Assembly (NCBI GenBank): GCA_964016885.1
Contig: OZ024749.1
Location: 15,872,001 to 15,936,000, forward strand
Reading direction: 5' to 3'
Length of the DNA: 64,000 nucleotides
Source: Eledone cirrhosa
Taxonomy: Eukaryota
Numbering within the stretch: position 1 is the stretch's first letter; every line of letters begins with the position of its first letter. Under the pieces are notes generated by a model. It had not been told where the DNA came from and searched no databases. It worked only from the letters and a program-made list of their open reading frames with translations. Positions 29,796 through 46,179 of the stretch are shown one piece after another. A program made the position numbers and the translations under genes.

Positions 29796-30836
29796 GTAAA
29801 AGAAAACCCAAAACATACATACACACACACACACATACATAAACACTCATACATACATACATACATACATACATACATACATTCATACATACTATCGATA
29901 CGTACATCTATATAGACACAGTATATACGTTACATATTACCACTCTACAGAATCATGAGAATGGACGGAATGAAATAATAAATAATATTTTGTCACCTCA
30001 GAAATCAATAAATCTATTTCGATCTGTTGTTTTTCCAACGTAATATTCTTAACTCTTACATATATATTTATATAGAGACTTGTAGCTGTATATATATATA
30101 TATACACACACACACATATGTATATATATATATATACATATTTATATATATATATATATACATATTTATATATATATATACACGAACATATTTCGATAGG
30201 TATATGTGTATATATATATACATATATATATGTGTGTGTGTGTGTGTTTGTAAAGGTATGTGGTTTAGTTGGTAAGGTTTTCTGTTCACGACCGTAAGAT
30301 CGAAGTTCGATTACCTGTTCTGATGCTGCAGTGTATACTTAGTTCAGGCGCTTCATTCGTCACCGTTCTCTTCACTCAGCTAAAAAGCACTGAGCCCTAA
30401 GTATGAGTGTGTGTGTAAGTATGAGTGTGTGGTCCTGTGCAGGGAGGTGTCTTTTACTGCAACTTGGAACCTGGAATGTGGTTCAGTCTGATAAGCCTCG
30501 TTCTGATGTATTTCGAGGCTGGAGAAAAATGCTGTGTCACGTGTACATACGGCCTATCAATTAAATCGATCTCAGTATTTAACTGATTCCAGTTTCCAGT
30601 TTGTTTCCAAAAATTGTTTTTTCACGAAAAAAATAAATGTTGGGAAACTACGAGATAATGTGTCGTTTATTTAATATTATATGTATGTATAATGTATATA
30701 TGTAGGTATACAGGGTGTCCGAAAAATGTATAAAAACTTTTATTAGAATGGACAGCCTTTCCCAAAATTAAAATGATCTAAAGACATGATTCAATTGTAT
30801 GTAAACACCCAAAAATATTTACATAATTTAAATAAT

Positions 30837-31016
30837 TGTTTCTACTTTTGGCACAAGGCCAGCAATTACCCAGTGGTAATTGGGTACTTTATTTTATCGA
30901 CCCCGTAAGGATGAAAGGCAAAGTTGACCTCGTCGGGATTTGAACTCAGAATGACAAGGGCCGTAACTCTATGCGTCAAAGCATGGCGTCCGACCCTTTA
31001 CCGCCAATCCACCGCC
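30837..31016 (-). mobile_element. Nin-like tRNA SINE with 15-bp target-site duplication
   Basis: Same family as 24691. cataatttaaataat occurs at 30822-30836 and 31016-31030. Confidence 0.9.
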
Positions 31017-31089
31017 ATAATTTAAATAATGCATATAAAACAGAATTTATTTTAATGTATTTCTTTGGCTGTTGAAGTGTGTATACACC

Positions 31090-31133
<44 letters not shown>

Positions 31134-31544
31134 ATATGAGTAAGTAATGAGCCATGTTACTCTGGAGTTTCACCTGTTCACTCATGGGATATCAGATTAG
31201 GCTTGTCTTGTGTAATAAATGAATATTTAAACTCTACTTCTGTATTGAGTATTCTTTTCTCTTGCCCGTCAACTGACCCCTCCCGCCCTCTAAACAACAT
31301 TTGCTTCATGTAATGTCTGATTAAAATTATAGCTTGTGTGGCGACTGTATTTAGATTAATGAATTGCTTTCTGTAGTTTTTGAAAACTCACCTTTTCCTA
31401 AGATTTTCGTCTTTCTCTTTCTATTTCTCTGGTGATATCTTAATACGATACAAGATCAGTAATGTTTGCTGAAAACTAGGCCATAGGATTATATTTATGC
31501 CACGTTTATGACAATAAATACTGATTTCTAACAGAATTACAGAA

Positions 31545-31830
31545 TTACAATGTCATATGTTTTGGATGCCCTTATACCTTTCTTATCGTGTCCACAAGAG
31601 TGTCAGTTACAAAGCTTGGCTACATATGGTTCTGCCACAGCTGAATACATTGCTGTCCTTTCTCATTAAACTCTACCAAGTCCAATGCTGTGCAGGGGTG
31701 TTCCAGGAGGTGATGTATAGTCTGTGGTTCGATGCTGAAGCCACACACAACGTCCCCATCCATTAAATATCCCCATTTTGCAAGGTTGACTTTATAATTA
31801 ATACTGTGTATTGGTAACACCAGCTAATCT
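31545..31830 (-). pseudogene. 3' fragment of a LINE ORF (Ingi/Vingi-like degenerate CCHC region)
   Basis: YKVNLAKWGYLMDGDVVCGFSIEPQTIHHLLEHPC resembles the KWG..C.CG..QT..H...C C-terminus of I-group/Ingi LINEs. Confidence 0.5.
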
Positions 31831-31910
31831 TAAACTACCTTTAGGATTTCGTTTGAGTTGAGTTGGGTTTAATTTGGTTGGCCTTTTTCACCAGTAATCT
31901 CATTGATTAA

Positions 31911-32139
31911 CCCGTTCATTACCACATTTCTAATTAAAGACATTGCCTATGATTACTAGCAAAGAATTTAGGGATATTTGGTATTTGGTAATATAACGTT
32001 TGCGTTATTAAATTGGTGTTTGCAACATAATTTGACAAAATATTTCTATGTACAATTATGTCGGAACAAACACTTAAAAAATAAAAACGACTGTGTCATA
32101 AAACAAGGAGCGGTTTCAGGTGGTTTGGTACCGGAAGGG
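31911..32139. mobile_element. piggyBac-like MITE
   Basis: TTAA|cccgttcattacca ... tggtaccggaaggg|TTAA: TTAA duplication with imperfect CCC/GGG terminal inverted repeats. Confidence 0.6.
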
Positions 32140-32404
32140 TTAAACTAGTTGACTTATCACACCTGTAGTGTGTCTAGTTTGACCAGTTGACTCATTAGAA
32201 CATCTCACCTGTAACGTGGTTCTAATTATGCTAGTTGACACCTCTCACCTGAAAAGGTTTCTTCATATTTCTGGTTTTCGATATTTACTAAAGAAAAAAG
32301 ACAAAATCCGAAATCGATGTTGGTTTTCTGGAGAATCGGTCCCTCGAGGTTTTCTGGTGTATTCTATAGAATGTTGCTTTACCATATTCTACAGGTTTTC
32401 ACAC

Positions 32405-32940
32405 AGCCGAGAGCAACTGTCATAGTTGAAGGTATGTCAAATGGTTTAAGAGCAATTGTCAGATAGATAGAAATAATTGTCAAATAGCTTGAGAGCAATT
32501 GTCAAATAGTTAGCGGTAATTGTCAAATAGCTAAAAGCAGTTGAGTTGTCAAATAGTTGAGAATCATAGTCAAATAGTTACGAGTAATTATCTTATAGCT
32601 AAAAATAATTGACAAGTAGCTAAGTGACTGTCAAATAACAGTGAGTATTTGGCAAATATATGAGAATAATTGTTAACTAGCTGACAGTAATTGTCAAATT
32701 GCTGAGTGCAATTGTCATATAGCTGAAAATAATAGTCAAATAGCTAATAGTAAATGTCAAACAGCAGATAGTAATTGTCAAATAGCTGTGTTCTATTGTC
32801 AACTAGCTGACAGTATTTGTCAAATAACTGATTGTAATTATCAAATAGCCAAGTGTAATTGCCAAATAGCTTAGTGCTATTGTCAAATAGCCAAGTGTAA
32901 TTGTCAAATAGCCAACAGCAATTGTCAAATAACCAAGTTT
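32405..32940. repeat. Old, degenerate 21-bp minisatellite (aattgtcaaatagc core)
   Basis: aattgtcaaatag recurs every ~21 bp. Confidence 0.85.
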
Positions 32941-32989
32941 TATTATCACGTAGTTTCTCGTTGATATCATGACGCCATTCTTCTTGTTG

Positions 32990-33310
32990 CTGTTGTTTAA
33001 CCCTAGGTCAGCCATTGTCCACCAAACCTATTACCACGGGGAAAGACATCCATGTCTTTCCCCATTAACAATTCTCACAAATTGTAAGTTGTTGTTGTTT
33101 TAGCCCTAGGCCAGCCATTGCAGGTTGTTACTGTTTTGGCCCTAGACCAGCTCTGACCAAGCTGACCTATCATCAAAACGGTCCAGCCATGGCCACCCCA
33201 TTATAATTTCAGGGCTGTATCATCCAACGTATTCTTCATTATATTTAAGATGGTAAGGTGTTTTTTGAGGAAAAATTCGCTGCTATTTCGAACGACCATG
33301 CAAGTCTCTT
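32990..33310. mobile_element. Interspersed repeat fragment (ccctaggtcagcc...gctgctatttc)
   Basis: Its 3' part resembles 20870-20900 and the reverse complement of the 92-bp units at 50197-50470. Confidence 0.4.
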
Positions 33311-33840
33311 CTCGATTAGCTTCTAACGTTTTCCTATTTTATAATGTAGGGAAACGAGTGTATATTTGTTTAAATCAACGTCGGTAATTCATATCTGATG
33401 TCTGTTATACAGAACCCAGATTGCAAAGGATTGAAATTGGGATGAAACGAGAGGCGAAGCCCACCTTGGTGTGATTTGAACCTAGAATCTAATGATGTGT
33501 TTGTAAAAATTGGTAAATATTTGTCCCCCAATCAACTGCTGTTATTATTTCATTGGTTATTTAAATAAAGTATCAGTAACGTACTCGAGTGGATTTAATC
33601 GACATTGCCCCTCCCCCCCATATTCCACCTCCGCAGAAAAGATGTTGGCTTTGTGCCTACATCAGAAACCATCGTTCATTGGTTAACCTGTTTGGCGATT
33701 ATAACTGACGTGGTTTAAAAAGTCACCTCCACCACACTCACCAACCATCTATATAATATAGAATCACATTGGGTTGGCAGTAATGATTCCTTTTCCATTA
33801 ACACACGTAGATGATTGAAATTTAACTCTTAAAGTCCTGT

Positions 33841-34155
33841 ACCACCACACGAAACCACATTAGTAAGATATTCTTGAAGAGTATAAAACACTATACTTAC
33901 TACGTCACATTAAATATTAAAGTCTCTACTCTAATACTGCAGAATATTCAGAATTATTTGTCCACTAATAAAGATACTATAAACATTTGAATTAACAAAC
34001 CACATGAAACCACATTCGCAAGAACATTGTTGAAAAGTACAAAACAGTTCTATAACTGCACCACATGAAATATTAAAGTCTTGCTTTAGTTTACTTCAAA
34101 TTTTCACCACAATCTGTCCACTAGTAAAGATACTCGAAATATTTGAATTGACAAA
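33841..34155. repeat. Diverged ~158-bp tandem duplication
   Basis: gaaaccacatt..aaatattaaagtct..tgtccacta.taaagatact..atttgaatt appears twice. Confidence 0.75.
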
Positions 34156-34952
34156 ACAAGCTTTAAGATATTTTCTACAAAATCATTGCAGGATTTTGAG
34201 AGTTGAATATACGTTACACTTTGTTGTGGTTTTGTGTATGTATCTTTGAATGGGGGTGGGGGTGATTACACAAAGGTACTGGAAGAGGGCAATTCCGTGA
34301 CAGTTATTATATAAGAGAAATCCCAGAGGATTTCATTGTGTGTGTGTGTGTGGAGGAGAAGGGGTCCTAAACTACCCTTGGGGTTTTCCTCCTCTTTCTA
34401 TGGTAGGGAACTTTCCTGGTTAACATATTGTCATATAGTGTTTTTTTTTTTTTTTTGCTTTCTTTTTATAAAATCCTAACACCCTTCCCTTTCTCACTTC
34501 CATTCTTTTATATTTTGCCCTCGCTATACTTTGGGGGGGGGGGGGGGTTGCCTTCAGACTAATAAAGGAAATCAAATCTTGCCAAGGTTAGCTTTGCCTT
34601 TCATCCATATGGAGTCGATAAAATAAAGTACCAGTAACGCACCGGGGAGAGGGGGGGGGGGTCAAACACCATCATCATCATCATCATCATCACCACCACC
34701 ACCACCACCAGCATCAGCATCATCATCATCATCACCAACAACATCACCATCATCACCGCCACCACCACTATCATCTACTACAGTGTAAATTATACAAAAT
34801 ACAATGCTTTGCTGTGAGTTTGATCCAATCTTTGGTAATCATGCTGGACTGGAGATAGAATAGCCACTGGTATCACATCTATAACAGCAATGATATTCCA
34901 GTCATACACTTGGTCACAATTGGTAATATACGTGGTTTCATATAGTAATCTA

Positions 34953-35400
34953 CCAGTAATACACTCGGTCACAGATTGCAGTGCACCAGTAATACACTCA
35001 GTCACAGATTGCAGTGTACCAGTAATACACTCAGTCACAGATTGCAGTGTACCAGTAATACACTCGGTCACAGATTGCAGTGTACCAGTAATACACTCAG
35101 TCACAGATTGCAGTGTACCAGTAATACACTCAGTCACAGATTGCAGTGTACCAGTAATACACTCGGTCACAGATTGCAGTGTACCAGTAATACACTCAGT
35201 CACAGATTGCAGTGTACCAGTAATACACTCGGTCACAGATTGCAGTGTACCAGTAATACACTCGGTCACAGATTGCAGTGTACCAGTAATACACTCGGTC
35301 ACAGATTGCAGTGTACCAGTAATACACTCGGTCACAGATTGCAGTGTACCAGTAATACACTCGGTCACAGATTGCAGTGTACCAGTAATACACTTGGTTA
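34953..35400. repeat. 33-bp minisatellite, ~13 copies
   Basis: ccagtaatacactcggtcacagattgcagtgta repeated. Confidence 0.97.
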
Positions 35401-35794
35401 CAGCTAGAGGTATACCAGTAACATACGCGGGCTCAAAATAATCTCTTTTAGCAATGGAAGAAAGAAAGAAAGAAAGAATGTAACTCGAAATACAATAGTG
35501 TTTGAGGTAATGCCAAAGTAATCATGATCATCATCATCATCATCATGAATGTCAACATCAACCTCGTAATCGCAATGTTTATCCTCCTCCTCCTCCTCCT
35601 CCTCCTCCTCTTCTTCTTTCTCTTCCACTTCCTTCTCCTCCTCCTCCATCATCATCATCAGCATTATTGTGGTTGTTGTTATTATTACTATCAAAGTTAT
35701 GAATATCATCATCATCCTCATAATCACAATGATTATCCACCTCCTCCTCCTTCTCATCAGTAGTAGTAGTAGTAGCAATAACAGTATTATTATT

Positions 35795-36000
35795 ATTGAT
35801 AAAATAAAGTACCAGTCATGCACTGGGATCGATTTAATCGACTTTCCACTCCCCCCAAAATTGCTGGCCTTTTGCCTAAAATAGTAACAATTATTATTAT
35901 TATTAAAACTTTGCCTATCATCCTTACGGGGTCGATAAAATAAAGTACCAGTAATGTACTGGGATAATTGCTGGCTTTGTGTCAAAAGTAGAAACAATTA
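35795..36000 (+). mobile_element. Two tandem 5'-truncated Nin-like SINE 3' ends (further fragments at 34565-34640 and 43015-43065)
   Basis: gataaaataaagtaccagt..ttgctggcc..aaagtagaaac followed by (TTA)n tails. Confidence 0.7.
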
Positions 36001-36023
36001 TTATTATTATTATTATTATTAGC

Positions 36024-36055
<32 letters not shown>

Positions 36056-36403
36056 CAGTGACATTTTGTTTTTCATTTAGTCCAGTTCTGTTTTTCAGTG
36101 GCAGCATCCGACGACACAGAAAGGTCATTGCCATGGAAACGACCAAATTCCAAAGTTGTTTTCTTTATCTATCTATCAAGTATCTGTTCAGTAACCTAGA
36201 TTGCCACAGAATCCTGGAGGAATTCTGGGATGACATCAAAATGAGAGAAACCAGAGTTGTTTATAAATCAGGGAACCTTTCAACAATGGTCGCTGAAATA
36301 TTTATGGAGCAATCGGTGAAGAATTTAAAGGGAGAGGAACCAAAATTATTTATCAATCAAGGAACTCCTTACCAAATTATGGAGAAATAGGTGAAGAATT
36401 TAA

Positions 36404-36768
36404 TCTGTTGACTGCTGTGTATATTTCACACAGCTACAGTTGCTGTACTGGTTCTTTTTTTTCAGTAAAATGACTATTTTGATTGACAAACGTCACATCA
36501 ATAAACTAGTTGCTCGTCTAGCTTTGAAGTTATGAACTGTTGGAAAAGAGTTCAAACATGTTAGGACAAGTTGTCTCGTCTGTGGCACTAGAATGCATAA
36601 ATGTTAGGACAAGTTGTCTCGTCTGTGGCACTAGAATGCATAAATGTTAGGACAAGTTGTCTCGTCTGTGGCACTAGAATGCATAAATGTTAGGACAAGT
36701 TATCTCGCCTGTGGCACTAGAATGCATAAATGTTAGGACAAGTTATCTTGTCTACATCACTGAAGGGG
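36404..36768. mobile_element. TTAA-flanked piggyBac-like MITE containing a 43-bp repeat (~4.5 copies, 36558-36750)
   Basis: Interrupts an ~84-bp repeat (36220-37190) at gtgaagaatTTAA. Ends in gaagggg|TTAA, after which the host repeat resumes. Confidence 0.55.
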
Positions 36769-37521
36769 TTAAAGAAAGACAGACCAAAGTATCATTTATG
36801 TATTTCTATTGGCAATATTGGCAACATGACCATCCCCAAGTATAACAAGACCAATTAAGGAATTCCTTACCAAATATATGGAGGATTGATAAATTGGTGA
36901 AGAATTTAAAGGTAGAGGAACCAAAGTTGTTTATGAATCAAGGAACACCTTACCAAATTTTGGAACAATGGGTGAAGAATTTAAAGGGTGAAGCACCAAA
37001 GTTATTTATCAATCAAGGAGTTCCTTACCAAATTATGAATAAATTAATAGAAGTATTTAAAGATCACCAAAAAAGTTATGGAAAATTCGGTGGAGAACTT
37101 AAAGAGATATGAACAAAATTTTCAACAATCAAGTATCGTCTTTCCAAGATCAACCAATAATGTTATGGAGGAATTGGTGGAGGGTTTAAGAGGTGGTATT
37201 TGATTGAAAGTTTGCAAAATATCTGATAAAGGTTAATTTGGTGCCAATATACCAATTTTGGATCAAAGCTGGCCTTGGCTTTATAGCCATGTCTGTGTTA
37301 TATAGTGGGGTTAGGTTCTTCTATCATATTTTGTTATATGGAATAGCTTGCTTTAAACCCTCTAGATAAAAAAACTAGATGATATATGTATGAATGTGCA
37401 TATGTATATATATACACACACACATATATATGCACATATGAATATATATAAATATATACATACACATATATATATAAACACATACACACACATAAATATA
37501 TATATGTATATATATATGAAT

Positions 37522-37576
<55 letters not shown>

Positions 37577-37635
37577 TTTATATACATGTATATATGTGTG
37601 TATATATATATATGTAGTGTATATATATATGAGTA

Positions 37636-37673
<38 letters not shown>

Positions 37674-38051
37674 GTGTGTGTGTATATATATATGTATATA
37701 TATACATATGATATCACATTCATGTTTCTTCCATTTTATCACACATAGAAATTAATTTTTGCTGATCCATACCGCCTATCAAGCCTTTAATCTCTCTAGT
37801 AATTAATTAACTAATTAACTAGTTATCTAATTAATAATATTTAACAAGGCAAGAAGAAATATGTGTGTAAATCAATTAGGCTTTCTCTCCTTCTCTTTTT
37901 ACTTTCTTCTTTCTTTCTTCCTTTTCTTTCTTTTTACCTTATAACATTCTCAATTTGTTTGAACAGATGTTATGTAATATATACCCATGTACATATATAT
38001 ATATATATACACTCCAACAAACGCATACATGCTCATATTTATATATATATG

Positions 38052-38128
<77 letters not shown>

Positions 38129-38252
38129 ATATATATATACATATATATATACATTTATAACTGAATACAGAAAGCTAAAAGATGAAGTAGATTATGTTTG
38201 GTTGACTTGCAAAAAAAACCCCCAACCAATAGCAATAAACAACACACACACA

Positions 38253-38285
<33 letters not shown>

Positions 38286-38349
38286 TCACTCACACACACA
38301 TGAACACACGAACACACACACGCTCACGCATGTATATTCTTATCACTGT

Positions 38350-38363
38350 CCACCAGATGGCGT
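38350..38363 (+). promoter_or_regulatory. Candidate CTCF site
   Basis: CCACCAGATGGCGT closely matches the CTCF core CCASYAGRKGGCR, in a small unique island. Confidence 0.35.
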
Positions 38364-38912
38364 TGGTAAAAGCCGCAACAATGGTAACCACGAAACCACA
38401 CCACCACATCTTTGCAACTGAGAAAACAACAGCAACAACAACAACAACAACAACAACAAAAATAACTACCAGGTCAGAAGGATGAAGAAGAAAAAAAATA
38501 AATAACAAAATAAAAAAATAAATAAACCAAGAACAAAAACAAAAAAAATAACTTTTACAATATATAAATAAATAAACAAATAAATAAATAAATATATGAG
38601 AATATGGATGATTTTTTTTTTTTTTTTTGATACCCATGCTGCACCAAAGAATATGTCCTCCATTGATAGACTCATCATCATCATCATCATCATCATCGTC
38701 GTCATCATCATTATCATCATTATAGTTCATATGTGTAAATCTAAGAAGACATGTTAAACAATCTGGATATTTCTAAATTAGGGGTCAGCCAACAACAAGT
38801 TGACAAAGGTCCCTCACTGTATTCTATGATGTGTCTTATTAATATTATTTATATTATTATTATGATCATGTTACCTTGTTCCCTGTTGTAGTTGCTGTTT
38901 TTTTCTGTTTAC

Positions 38913-41072
<2,160 letters not shown>

Positions 41073-41074
41073 TG

Positions 41075-41280
41075 TGTGAGTCCCGAGTTCAATCAGGGCT
41101 AACTACAGTAAGTAAGGTACTCAATATATTAGTAGATTGTAAACATCGTGTTTGATATAGAAAAGGCTTCTACAGGACTAGAACTGTTTCATTCAAAAGA
41201 AATCATCAGGAAAGCTTTCCTAATGATTTTTTTTTTAATGAAACAGTTCTAGTTATGTAGAAGCCATTTCTATATTAAAC
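41075..41280 (-). mobile_element. Palindromic hammerhead-like insert (inverted repeat 41150-41280 plus tail)
   Basis: Minus strand CTGATGA tttcttttgaat GAAAC agtt. The right arm has the mutated core CTAATGA. ggtactc in the tail. Confidence 0.65.
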
Positions 41281-41304
41281 ATATATATATATATATATAT
41301 ATAT

Positions 41305-41475
41305 AATGAAGGAGCTGTGGTAACCAGATGGACTATAACGCACCAGAGTACTCAATACTTAGGGTAGTAGAGTGGGTAATAGGAAAATGTACGACCCCAA
41401 TAGCAGAGCTCATGTCGTTTCGACGGCTATTTCTAGTCCAGAAATAGCCGTCGAAATGGCTTGAGCTCTGCTGTC
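41305..41475 (-). mobile_element. Short palindromic insert (inverted repeat 41402-41473 plus tail), GAAA half only
   Basis: agcagagctca..tttcgacggctatttct / agaaatagccgtcgaaa..tgagctctgct. gagtactc in the tail. Between (TA)n tracts. Confidence 0.6.
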
Positions 41476-41594
41476 ATATATATATATATATGTGTATGTA
41501 TGTATGTGTTTTGTAAAGATCTCCGCTGTCCCTGTTCATTTGTATTATCCCTTTTTTTGTTTCGGCTCTTGTGGCCAATAAAGAAACAATAACT

Positions 41595-41853
41595 ATTTAC
41601 CTTATTTTTATTGTGAGTCACCACTGCATTATTGAGCACGGCTCTGTGTGCCTTGGGTATGTGCAGTGTGGTTTTCAGTGGTGTTGTGTCTATTGTATTG
41701 AAAGCACTCTTCACAATATGCAGGACCTAGTAAGTAAAGCTATTTTCTGTATGTTGTAATATATTTGGGAGTCCTGCTAGTTTGGGGGATGTCTGTCTAT
41801 CTCTGTGGGTATTGTTTTATCATTCCCAGAGCACCTATTATTATAGGGATTGT
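41595..41853 (-). pseudogene. 3' end of an R4/NeSL-like (RLE) non-LTR retrotransposon
   Basis: Minus strand TIPIIIGALGMIK...IQKIALL..HI.RVLSIQ*, matching the P(I/V)IIGALG...QK..LLG..HILR.VL C-terminus of RLE elements. Frameshifted. Confidence 0.65.
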
Positions 41854-42320
41854 TACATCCCAGTCACAGTCGAGTTGCATCCCAGTCACAGTTGAGTTAC
41901 ATCCCGGTCACAGTCGAGTTGCATCCCAGTCACAGTTGAGTTACATCCCAGTCACAGTCGAGTTACATCCCAGTCACAGTCGAGTTACATCCCAGTCATA
42001 GTTGAGTTACATCCCAGTTACAGTTGAGTTACATCCCAGTCACAGTTGAGTTACATCCCAGTCACAGTCGAGTGCATCCCAGTCATTGTTGAGTTACATT
42101 CCAGTCACAGTCGAGTTACATTCCAGTCACAGTCGAGTTACAACCCAGTTATGATACAGTTACATCCTAGTCACAGTCGAGTTACATCCCAGTCACGATA
42201 CAGTTACAACCCAGTCACAGTTGAGTTACATCCCAGTCACAGTCGAGTTACATCCCAGTCACAGTTGAGTTACAACCCAGTCACAGTTGAGTTACATCCC
42301 AGTTACAACCCAGTTACAAT
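41851..42320. repeat. 22-bp minisatellite (gttacatcccagtcacagtyga), ~21 copies
   Basis: Direct reading. Confidence 0.95.
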
Positions 42321-42350
42321 ACTCTACTGCAACTTGTGTATGTGTATGTT

Positions 42351-42393
<43 letters not shown>

Positions 42394-42959
42394 GTGGGTA
42401 CATGTGTACATATGTCTGTATGTATATATGTGAGTGTATGAGTACACGTGTATGTATGTGTATGTGTATACCTCTATGCATATGTGTATATGTACACATT
42501 GATATGCATGCTTACATGTATGTGTATGTGTATGTGTATGTATATACGTGTACAAATGAATATATGTATATATACATGTACAAATGTATATATGTATATA
42601 CATGTACAACTGTATACATGCATGTGTGTATGTATATATATATATATACATGTACAAGTGTATGTATGTATATACATGTGTGTGTGTATATACAAGTGTA
42701 TCTATGTATATACACGTGTGTGTGTATATGCGTGTATATACAAGTGTATGTATGTATATACATGTGTGTGTGTATGTGTGTATATACAAGTGTATATATG
42801 TATATACATGTGTGTGTGTGTATGCATGTACACTGATGACTCTTTGATGAAATTTATATTTATATTATCATTATTTATATTATTATTATTTATATTAATA
42901 TTATTTATATTATTATTATTTATATTAATATTATTTATATTATTATTATTTATATTAAT

Positions 42960-43440
42960 ATTCGGCCCTTGAGGCCAATAAATGAAATCATCATTATTAT
43001 TATTATTATTATTAGTAGTAATGCACTGGGTAATTGCTGGCCTTTTGCCTAAAGTAGAAACAATTATTATTATTATTATTCATAGTTTATTTTATATTTG
43101 TATATCTTCATTGTTGAATTGGTCTTGCCATTGTGCACTTTTACTCCACCTTATTGTAAACCCCCACGGTCCCTGTCCTTGTATTGTCCCCTAGATGTCG
43201 GCCCTTGTGGCCAATAAATGAAATCATTATTATTATTATTATTGTTTATATATATATATATATATATGTTTCTATGTCTTTTTTTCTTTTTCGTTTCTTA
43301 TATAAATAATAAAAATCTTTACACGCACAAAACCCACATCGTACCGTCCTGTACCGTCCTGTGCCGCCCTGTGCCGTCTTGTGCCGTCTCTAATGTTTTT
43401 CTTGATGTCAGCCCTTGTGGCCAATAAAGAAATCATTATT
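42960..43440 (+). mobile_element. Cluster of very short L1/Tx1-type 3' tails (also 41508-41590)
   Basis: gcccttgtggccaataaa(t)gaaatc-like ends at ~42965, ~43200 and ~43410. The same terminus ends the LINE at ~46185. Confidence 0.65.
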
Positions 43441-43539
43441 GTTATTATTTCTTTGGTGAAGACTTTGGTAAAAACAAAATCAAGAATGGAAATATGGTTT
43501 GGAAATAGTCTTGGCCATTGAAGACATATAATGAAATTT

Positions 43540-44361
43540 GTTGTTGTTGTTATTGCTGTTATTCTACTTCTTGTTATTGTTGTTGTTGTTGTTGTTGTTA
43601 TTCTTGGTTTGCTTCTTCTTGTCCTGGTCTCTTGTGCCTCTTGTAGTGGCTCTTGTTATTGCCATTGTTGTGGCTGTTGTTGTTATTGCAACTGTTGTGG
43701 TTGTTGTTGTTGCTGTTGTTGTTGCTATTGTTGTGGCTGTTGTTGTTATTGCAACTGTTGTGGTTGTTGTTGTTGCTGTTGTTGTTATTGCAACTGTTGT
43801 GGTTGCTGTTGCTGTTGTTGCTATTATTGGTGTTATTGTTGTTGTTGTTGCTAATATTGGTGTTCTTGTTGTTGCTGTTGTTGTTATTATTAGTGTTGTT
43901 GTTGTTGCTGTTATTCTTGGTTGGCTTCTTGTTGTCCTGGTCTCTTGTTATTGCCATTGTTGCAGTTGTTGTTATTGCAACTGTTGTGGTTGTTGTTGCA
44001 GTTGTTGTTATTGCAACTGTTGTGGTTGTTGTTGCAGTTGTTGTTATTGCAACTGGTGTGGTTGTTGTTGTTGTTGTTGTTGCTGTTATTCTTGGTTTAT
44101 TTCTTGTTGTTGCCCTGGTGTCTTAGGGCTGTTGTTATTGCTATAGGTGTGGCTGTTGTTGGTGTTATTGTTGGCATTGTTGTTCAGGTTATTGTTGCAA
44201 GTGACGTCACAAATTCTTCAATATTTCGATGCAATAGCTAGCAGAGTTTCTCCATGTCAGCATATAACACACTGTGTGTTTTTGGTAATCCACTGATGTT
44301 GTTGTTGTTGTAGGTGATTAAATTTCTTCTGCATCACTTTATATCAATATATATATGAATT

Positions 44362-44397
<36 letters not shown>

Positions 44398-44473
44398 AAG
44401 TTATATATATATATATATATATAATACAAATTATATATATACATATATATATGTATATATACATATACATATG

Positions 44474-44505
<32 letters not shown>

Positions 44506-44976
44506 AATTCTGTGGCATTCGTTAGTCTCGCGAGACATTGGATTTCGAATTAGACACATACACACAAAGGTATCTGAGCAAGCCGATTCCTGTCCTGTGT
44601 GTTACGTGTGTGTATATATATATGAGTGTATATGTATGTGTATGTGTGTATGTGAGTGTATATGTGTGTGTGTTCCATAGGCTGGCATTATGCTAAGTAG
44701 ACGGGTGGCCACGAAAACAGTTCATCTCGAATGTTCATCCTACATGTCATTTAGAGACGGTCTGAAAGGGAAAGGGAAACTGGTTAGAGTAGCTGTTATA
44801 GTTTTACAGGGGGGAGATAAATATTGTGGTGGTAGTGGTGGTGGTGGTGGTGGTGATGAGGGTGGTGGTGAGGGTGGTGGTGGTGGTGTTGTTGTTGTTG
44901 TTGGTGGTGGTGGTCATGGTGGTGGTGTTGTTGTTGTTGTTGGTGGTGGTGGTGTTGTTGTTGTTGTTGTTGGTGG

Positions 44977-45007
<31 letters not shown>

Positions 45008-45350
45008 GTTGGTGGTGGTGGTGTTGTTGTTGTTGGTGGTGGTGGTGGTGTTGCTGTTGTTGTTGGTGGTGTTGTTGTTGTTGTTGCTGGTGGTGGTGGT
45101 GGTGTTGTTGTTGGTGGTGGTGGTGGTGTTGGTGGTGGTGTTGTTGTTGTTGGTGGTGGTGGTGGTGGTGTTGTTGTTGTTGTTGGTGGTGGTGGTGTTG
45201 TTGTTGTTGTTGGTGGTGGTGGTGTTGGTGTTGGTGGTGGTGTTGTTGTTGGTGGTGGTGGTGGTGATGATGGTAATGATGGTGGCGATGATGATGATGG
45301 AAATAGTGATAATGATAATGGTGATGTTGATAATGATGATGATGAGAATG
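43540..45350. repeat. (TTG/TGC)n and (GGT/GTT)n low-complexity tracts (43540-44170, 44826-45350)
   Basis: Direct reading. Confidence 0.9.
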
Positions 45351-45456
45351 ATGAGGGGGGAGGAGGGGGAAGAGAGTCATAATAAGCATCACAGAGATGA
45401 TGACAGAAACATTGGTATACACACACACATACACACATATACACATACACACATAT

Positions 45457-45740
45457 ACACATACATATACACAGAGAAAGGCACACATACACATGTACAC
45501 TGAAAGACATACACACATATGCACAGAGAGACACACATGCACACACATATACACAGAGAAAGGCACACATACACATGTACACTGAAAGACATACACACAT
45601 ATGCACAGAGAGACACACATGCACACACATATACACAGAGAAAGGCACACATACACATGTACACTGAAAGACATACACACATATGCACAGAGAGACACAC
45701 ATGCACACACATATACACAGAGAAAGGCACACATACACAT
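45457..45740. repeat. ~82-bp CA-rich tandem repeat, ~3 copies
   Basis: cacagagaaaggcacacatacacatgtacactgaaagac recurs. Confidence 0.8.
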
Positions 45741-46179
45741 ACACATGCACACATATATGCACAGAAAGACACACATACGCATACACACACACACACAGAT
45801 GACACTCATACACATACACACGCACACAGAATGACATTCACAGACACACACACACATACACACATATGCACAGAAATACGCACATACACATGCATACACA
45901 GACAGAAACACATGCATAGACAGACACAGATACACACAGAGAAATACTCACCCACTCACAGATAGAGGAATATACAGAATATACATAAACATATACACAC
46001 ACACATATATATATATATGAACACACACACACCTAACCAATTGAAAACAGACAGACAGACAGACAGATAGACAGATATATAGGAAGATAGACAGGCAGAC
46101 AGACAGATGGACAAACAGGTATATAGATAGATAGACAGCTAGACAAATAGATAGATAACAGATAGATAGACGGATAGAT

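Noticed and set aside
30708-30740. Tc1/mariner-like TIR start (tacagggtgtcc)
   Set aside because: No matching second terminal repeat or transposase found.
36058-36390. 110-aa plus-strand ORF with acceptor-like sites
   Set aside because: No recognisable domain, and the 3' half is an ~84-bp repeat.
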